A DNA stretch of 64,000 nt from NCBI RefSeq assembly GCF_009914755.1, contig NC_060948.1. One strand, given 5' to 3'. The number at the start of each line of letters is the position of its first letter. Positions within the stretch are counted from its first letter, which is position 1. Position numbers and translations under genes: made by a program. The notes under the pieces are model-generated. The model had not been told where the DNA came from, ran no database searches, and saw only the letters and a program-made list of their open reading frames with translations. This document shows positions 56,980 through 64,000 of the stretch, piece after piece. Origin of the DNA: the human T2T-CHM13v2.0 reference genome, Homo sapiens.

Positions 56980-59900
56980 CCTGGAATAAAGTGGAATGCT
57001 ACGGTCTCGAATGGAATAAAAATGTATGGAATGGAATGCAATGAAACGGAATCGAATGTCATAGAATGTAATGGAATGCAACAAAATGGAATCCAAAATC
57101 ATTGACTGGAAAGGCTGGGTGTCGAAAGGAATTGACTCCAATGGAATGGAATCGAATGGAATGGAAGTGAATAGAATCGAACTAAATCGAATGGAATGGA
57201 ATTGATAGGAACGGAATGGAAAGGAATGCAATGATTTGGCATGGAATGGAATCGAATGGCATCGAATGGAATGGAATGGAATGGAATGGAATGGAATGTA
57301 TTAGAATGTAATGAGCTTTAATGGAATGTACTCGAATGGATTCGACTGGAATGGAATGTTCTGGAAGTGAATGGACTCCAATGGAATGGATTCAAAAGGA
57401 ATGGAATCGTACGGAATGGAATCTAATGGAATGGAATTAAATGGAAATGAATCAAATTGAATAGCACGGAATTGAATTGAATGGAATGGAATGCAATGGA
57501 ATCTAATGAAACGGAAAGGAAAGGAATGGAATGGAATGGGCTGGAATGGAAAGGAATCGAAACGAATGGAATGGAATCGAACTGAAGAGACTGGAATGGA
57601 ATGCACTGGAATGGAAGGGAGTGTAATGGAAGGTTCTCGAAAAAAATGGAATCGAATGGAATGGAATTGAATGGAACGGAATAGAGTCGAATGTAATTGA
57701 ATGGAATGGGATGGACTAGAGTGAAATGGAATCGAACCACAAGGAATGGAGAGGAATAGAATGGTCTCGAATTGAATGGAATCGTATGGAATGGCATCAA
57801 ACGGAATGGAATGGACAGCCACGGAATGGAATGCACTCGAATGCAATGGAGTCGAAACTAATGGAATGGAATAGAATGGACTCGACTGGTACGGACTCCA
57901 ATGGAATGGAATCGAATGGAAGGGAATCGAACGGAATGGACTCGAAGGGAAAAGACTGCAATGGAAAGGTCTCGAATGGAATGGAAATTAATGGAATGGA
58001 ATGGAATCGAATGAAATGGAGTCAAAAGGAATGGAATCGAATGGCAAGAAATCGAATGTAATGGAATCGCAAGGAATTGATGTGAACGGAACGGAATGGA
58101 ATGGAATCCAAAGGAATGGAATAGAATGGAATGGAATCGAATGGAAAGGACTCGAATGGAAATCACTCGAATAGAATGCAATTTAATAAAATAGGATCAA
58201 ATGTAATGGAATGGAATGGAAAGGAATCGAAACGAAAGGAATGGAGACAGATGGAATGGAATAGAACAGAGAGCAATGGTATAGAATGGAATGGAATCAT
58301 CTGGAATGGAATTGAATGGAATGGAATAATATGAAATGGAATGGAATGGAATGGAATGGAATGCCCTTGAATTAAATGGACTGGAATGGAATGGACTCGA
58401 ACAGAGTGGAATGGAAAGTGTTGAGATAGAATGGAATGGACTCCTTTGGAATGGTGTAGTATGCAATGCAATCGACTGGCATGGAATCAAAAGGAATGTA
58501 ATGGAATGGATTGGACTGGAATGCAATGGACTCGAATAGATTGCAAACGGAATGCAAAGGAATGGAATGGAATAGTATGGAATGGAATGGAAAGGAATGG
58601 AGTGGAATAGACTAGAGTGGAATGCAATGTTCTGGAAAGCAATGGACTGGAATGGAACTTTCTTGAATGGACTGGAATCAAACGGAATGGAATGCAATGC
58701 AATCAAATGGCATGGAATAAAATAGAATGAAAGAGAATCAAATGGAATTGAATCGAATGGAATCGAATGGATTGGAAAGGAATAGAATGGAATGGAATGG
58801 AATGGACTCAAATGGAATGGACTAGAATGGAATGGATTCGAATGGAAGGCAAAGGAATGGAATCTATTGGAATGGACTGTAATGGAATGGAATGGAAGGG
58901 ATTGGAATGGACTCGAATGGAATGGACTGCAATAGAAAGGATTCGAATGGAATGAAAAAGAATTGAATGGAATAGAACAGAATGGAATCAAATCGAATGA
59001 AATGGAATGGAATAGAAAGGAATGGAATGAAATGGAATGGAAAGGATTCGAATGGAATGTAATCGAATGGAATGGAATCGAACGGAATGGAATAAAATGG
59101 AAGAAAACTGGCAAGAAATGGAATCGAAATGAATGGAGTGTTATGGAACGGACTCAAAAGGAATTGAATGTAATAGAATGGAGTGGAGTGGACTCGAATA
59201 TAATGGACTGGAATGGAATGAAATCACATGGAATGGGAACGAATGGAATGGAATGGAAAGGAATGGAATCGAATGGAAAGGAATCGAATGGAAGGGAATG
59301 AAATTGAATCAACAGGAATGGAAGGGAATAGAATAGACGGTAATGGAATGGACTCGAATAGAATGGACACGAATGCTCAAATTGAATGGACTCGAATGGA
59401 ATGGAAACGAAAGGAATGTCATCGAATGGAATTGAATCGATTGGAATGAAATCGCATAGAATGGAGTGGAATCAAATGGAATTGAATCGAAAGGAAAGGA
59501 AGCGAATGGACTGAAATGAAATGGAATGGAATTGAATGGAAAGTAATGCAATGGAATAGAATGGAACGAAATTTCACGGAATGGAATCAAACTGAATGGA
59601 ATCAAATCAATGGAATCAAATCAAATGGAATGGAAAGGAATTGAATGGAGTAGATTGGATTGGATGGGATTGGAATGAAATGTACTGGAAAGGACTCGAA
59701 TTTCATGAAACGGCATGGAATGAATTGGAACGGAATGGACTCGAATGGAATGGAATGTCATGGAATGGCATCAAATGGAATGGCATCAAATGGAATGGAA
59801 TCGAATGCAATGGAATGCTATGGAATGGAATGGAATGCATTGGAATGGAATGTCCTCTAATGGAATGGATTCGAGTGGAATGGAATCGAATATAATGGAG

Positions 59901-60538
59901 TCGAATGAAATGGAATTGAAAGGAATGGGATCGAATACAATGGAATATACTGGAATGTAATGTAATGAACTCGAATGTAATTGACTGGAATGGAATGTAC
60001 ATGAATGGAATGTAATCGAATGGAAAGTAATCCAATGGAATAGAATCTAATGCAATAAAATCGACTCAGATAGAGTAGAATGTAATGGATTGGAGTGCAG
60101 TGCAATGGAAGGGAATGGAATTGAATGCAATAGAATGGAATGGAATGGAATGGAATGGAATGGAATGGAATGGGATGGAATGGTATGGAATGGATAGTAA
60201 TGGACTGGAGTGAAATGGACTGGAAAGGAATGGACTCAAATTGAAAGGGCTCGAAAGGAATGGAGTCAAATGGAATGGTCTGGAATGGAATGAACACGAA
60301 TGTAATGCAATCCAATAGAATGGAATCGAATGGCATGGAATATAAAGAAATGGAATCGAAGAGAATGGAAACAAATGGAATGGAATTGAATGGAATGGAA
60401 TTGAATGGAATGGGAACGAATGGAGTGAAATTGTATGCAGTAGAAGGGAATAGAATGGAATGCAAGCGAAAGGAAAGGAATGGATTGGAATGGAATGGAA
60501 TTCATTGGAATGGAAGGGAATGTAGTGTAATGGACAGG
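56980..60538 (+). repeat. DYZ1 unit 17 (3,559 bp)
   Basis: AGGCCT boundaries. Confidence 0.92.
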
Positions 60539-63500
60539 CCTGGAATAAAGTGGAATGCGACGGTCTCGAATGGAATAAAAATATATGGAATGGAATGCAA
60601 TGAAATGGAATCGAATGTCATAGAATGTAATGGAATGCAAAAAAATGGAATCCAAAATCATTGACTGGAAAGGCTGGGTGTCGAAAGGAATTGACTCCAA
60701 TGGAATGGAATCGAATGGAATGGAAGTGAATAGAATCGAACTAAATCGAATGGAATGGAATTGATAGGAACGGAATGGAAAGGAATGCAATGATTTGGCA
60801 TGGAATGGAATCGAATGGCATCGAATGGAATGGAATGGAATGCAATGGAATGGAATGTATTAGAATGTAATGAACTTTAATGGAATGTACTCGAATGGAT
60901 TCGACTGGAATGGAATGTTCTGGAAGTGAATGGACTCCAATGGAATGGATTCAAAAGGAATGGAATCGTACGGAATGGAATCTAATGGAATGGAATTAAA
61001 TGGAAATGAATCAAATTGAATAGCACGGAATTGAATTGAATGGAATGGAATGCAATGGAATCTAATGAAACGGAAAGGAAAGGAATGGAATGGAATGGAA
61101 TGGGCTGGAATGGAAAGGAATCGAAACGAATGGAATGGAATCGAACTGAAGAGACTGGAATGGAAGGCACTGGAATGGAAGGGAGTGTAATGGAAGGTTC
61201 TCGAAAAAAATGGAATCGAATGGAATGGAATTGAATGGAACGGAATAGAGTCGAATGGAATTGAATGGAATGGAATGGACTAGAGTGAAATGGAATCGAA
61301 CCACAAGGAATGGACAGGAATAGAATGGTCTCGAATTGAATGGAATCGTATGGAATGGCATCAAACGGAATGGAATGGACAGCCACGGAATGGAATGCAC
61401 TCGAATGCAATGGAGTCGAAACTAATGGACTGGAATAGAATGGACTCGACTGGTACGGACTCCAATGGAATGGAATCGAATGGAAGGGAATCGAACGGAA
61501 TGGACTCGAAGGGAAAAGACTGCAATGGAAAGGTCTCGAATGGAATGGAAATTAATGGAATGGAATGGAATCGAATGAAATGGAGTCAAAAGGAATGGAA
61601 TCGAATGGCAAGAAATCGAATGTAATGGAATCGCAAGGAATTGATGTGAACGGAACGGAATGGAATGGAATCCAAAGGAATGGAATAGAATGGAATGGAA
61701 TCGAATGGAAAGGACTCGAATGGCAATCACTCAAATAGAATGCAATTTAATAAAATAGGATCAAATGTAATGGAATGGAATGGAAAGGAATCGAAACGAA
61801 AGGAATGGAGACAGATGGAATGGAATGGAACAGAGAGCAATGGTATAGAATGGAATGGAATCATCTGGAATGGAATTGAATGGAATGGAATAATATGAAA
61901 TGGAATGGAATGGAATGGAATGGAATGCCCTTGAATTAAATGGACTGGAATGGAATGGACTCGAACAGAGTGGAATGGAAAGTGTTGAGATAGAATGGAA
62001 TGGACTCCTTTGGAATGGTGTAGTATGCAATGCAATCGACTGGCAGGGAATCAAAAGGAATGTAATCGAATGGATTGGACTGGAATGCAATGGACTCGAA
62101 TAGATTGCAAACGGGATGCAAAGGAATGGAATGGAATAGTATGGAATGGAATGGAAAGGAATGGAGTGGAATAGACTAGAGTGGAATGGAATGGACTGGA
62201 AAGCAATGGACTGGAATGGAACTTTCTTGAATGGACTGGAATCAAACGGAATGGAATGCAATGCAATCAAATGGCATGGAATAAAATAGAATGAAAGAGA
62301 ATCAAATGGAATTGAATCGAATGGAATCGAATGGATTGGAAAGGAATAGAATGGAATGGAATGGAATGGACTCAAATGGAATGGACTAGAATGGAATGGA
62401 TTCGAATGGAAGGCAAAGGAATGGAATCTATTGGAATGGACTGTAATGGAATGGAATGGAAGGGATTGGAATGGACTCGAATGGAATGGACTGCAATAGA
62501 AAGGATTCGAATGGAATGAAAAAGAATTGAATGGAATAGAACAGAATGGAATCAAATCGAATGAAATGGAATGGAATAGAAAGGAATGGAATGAAATGGA
62601 ATGGAAAGGATTCGAATGGAATGCAATCGAATGGAATGGAATCGAACGGAATGGAATAAAATGGAAGAAAACTGGCAAGAAATGGAATCGAAATGAATGG
62701 AGTGTTATGGAACGGACTCAAAAGGAATTGAATGTAATAGAATGGAGTGGAGTGGACTCGAATATAATGGACTGGAATGGAATGAAATCACATGGAATGG
62801 GAACGAATGGAATGGAATGGAAAGGAATGCAATCGAATGGAAAGGAATCGAATGGAAGGGAATGAAATTGAATCAACAGGAATGGAAGGGAATAGAATAG
62901 ACGGTAATGGAATGGACTCGAATAGAATGGACACGAATGCTCAAATTGAATGGACTCGAATGGAATGGAAACGAAAGGAATGTCATCGAATGGAATTGAA
63001 TTGATTGGAATGAAATCGCATAGAATGGAGGGGAATCAAATGGAATTGAATCGAAAGGAAAGGAAGCGAATGGACTGAAATGAAATGGAATGGAATTGAA
63101 TGGAAAGTAATGCAATGGAATAGAATGGAACGAAATTTCACGGAATGGAATCAAACTGAATGGAATCAAATCAATGGAATCAAATCAAATGGAATGGAAA
63201 GGAATTGAATGGAGTAGATTGGATTGGATGGGATTGGAATGAAATGTACTGGAAAGGACTCGAATTTCATGAAACGGAATGGAATGAATTGGAACGGAAT
63301 GGACTCGAATGGAATGGAATGTCATGGAATGGCATCAAATGGAATGGCATCAAATGGAATGGAATCGAATGCAATGGAATGCTATGGAATGGAATGGAAT
63401 GCATTGGAATGGAATGTCCTCTAATGGAATGGATTCGAGTGGAATGGAATCGAATATAATGGAGTCGAATGAAATGGAATTGAAAGGAATGGGATCGAAT

Positions 63501-64000
63501 ACAATGGAATATACTGGAATGTAATGTAATGAACTCGAATGTAATTGACTGGAATGGAATGTACATGAATGGAATGTAATCGAATGGAAAGTAATCCAAT
63601 GGAATAGAATCTAATGCAATAAAATCGACTCAGATAGAGTAGAATGTAATGGAATGGAGTGCAGTGCAATGGAATGGAATGGAATGGAATGCAATGGAAT
63701 GGAATGGGATGGAATGGTATGGAATGGATAGTAATGGACTGGAGTGAAATGGACTGGAAAGGAATGGACTCAAATTGAAAGGGCTAGAAAGGAATGTAGT
63801 CAAATGGAATGGTGTGGAATGGAATGAACACGAATGTAATGCAATCCAATAGAATGGAATCGAATGGCATGGAATATAAAGAAATGGAATCGAAGAGAAT
63901 GGAAACAAATGGAATGGAATTGAATGGAATGGAATTGAATGGAATGGGAACGAATGGAGTGAAATTGTATGCAGTAGAAGGGAATAGAATGGAATGCAAG
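60539..64000 (+). repeat. DYZ1 unit 18 (truncated by the window end; ~3,534 bp projected)
   Basis: Starts at AGGCCT 60539. The window ends ~72 bp before the expected next site. Confidence 0.9.

Larger units (their letters stand above)
1..64000 (+). repeat. DYZ1: Human Satellite 3 array, DYZ1 (Yq12 ~3.56 kb repeat), ~18 head-to-tail units, GGAAT strand on +
   Basis: Seen: continuous diverged GGAAT pentamers, with unique landmarks (GGACAGGCCTGGAATAAAGTGG, GCCCTTGAATTAAA, AAAACTGGCAAG, GTCCTCTAATG) recurring every ~3.56 kb and one GGCC per unit. Units 2 and 4 are 3,564 bp, the length of the classical DYZ1 HaeIII unit. Recalled, not searched: the reverse complement of each unit end (CCTGTCCATTACACTACATTCCCTTCC) matches the DYZ1 unit start, and the Y1.1/Y1.2 sexing-primer sites are present. 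Confidence 0.96.

Noticed and set aside
429-63999. Hundreds of ORFs (MEWNG-rich on +, FHSIP-rich on -, up to 310 aa)
   Set aside because: GGAAT/ATTCC repeats have no stop codon in any frame, so long ORFs are expected. The peptides are the 5-aa translation of the pentamer, and the ORFs are freely frameshifted or truncated between units. No domain or gene structure is evident.
1-64000. CRISPR-like repeat/spacer array or other prokaryotic system
   Set aside because: There are no constant repeats separated by unique spacers and no cas-like ORFs. Everything recurs at ~3.56 kb.
1-64000. DYZ2/HSat1B, Alu or L1 insertion, or an inversion breakpoint
   Set aside because: No AT-rich or Alu-like segment, no poly-A/TSD structure and no switch to the CATTC strand were seen. 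All units are within ~30 bp of the consensus length.
1-64000. A fixed higher-order repeat (regular dimer or trimer of units)
   Set aside because: Variant sharing occurs at 2-, 3-, 5- and 6-unit offsets and breaks mid-unit (unit 3 does not match 6, and 4 does not match 7). This is mosaic duplication, not a stable HOR.
1-64000. Assignment to HSat2 or to the chr9 HSat3 array
   Set aside because: It lacks the dominant CATTCGATTC 23/26-bp HSat2 pattern. The 3.56 kb period, single HaeIII site and Y-primer sites point to DYZ1. A BLAST against T2T-CHM13+Y would settle it.

Overview
The whole 64 kb is one uninterrupted, single-orientation tandem array of human Satellite 3 ((GGAAT)n on +, (CATTC)n on -). 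It is organised into a ~3.56 kb repeat that I identify as DYZ1, the Yq12 heterochromatin HaeIII repeat. There are 17 complete units of 3,539-3,578 bp plus a nearly complete 18th, each starting at the single AGG^CCT (StuI/HaeIII) site. I see no credible protein-coding gene, RNA gene, transposon, DYZ2 block or CRISPR array. All listed ORFs are by-products of a stop-poor pentamer repeat. I do not find a new gene system. The best leads are: (i) three perfect, in-register heat-shock elements per unit (53 of 54 intact); (ii) shared rare variants recording multi-unit duplications and mosaic units (2-, 3-, 5- and 6-unit offsets); (iii) a fixed register architecture that explains every unit length; (iv) recurrent 15-bp indels. 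All coordinates and variant comparisons were read by eye and should be confirmed by alignment.
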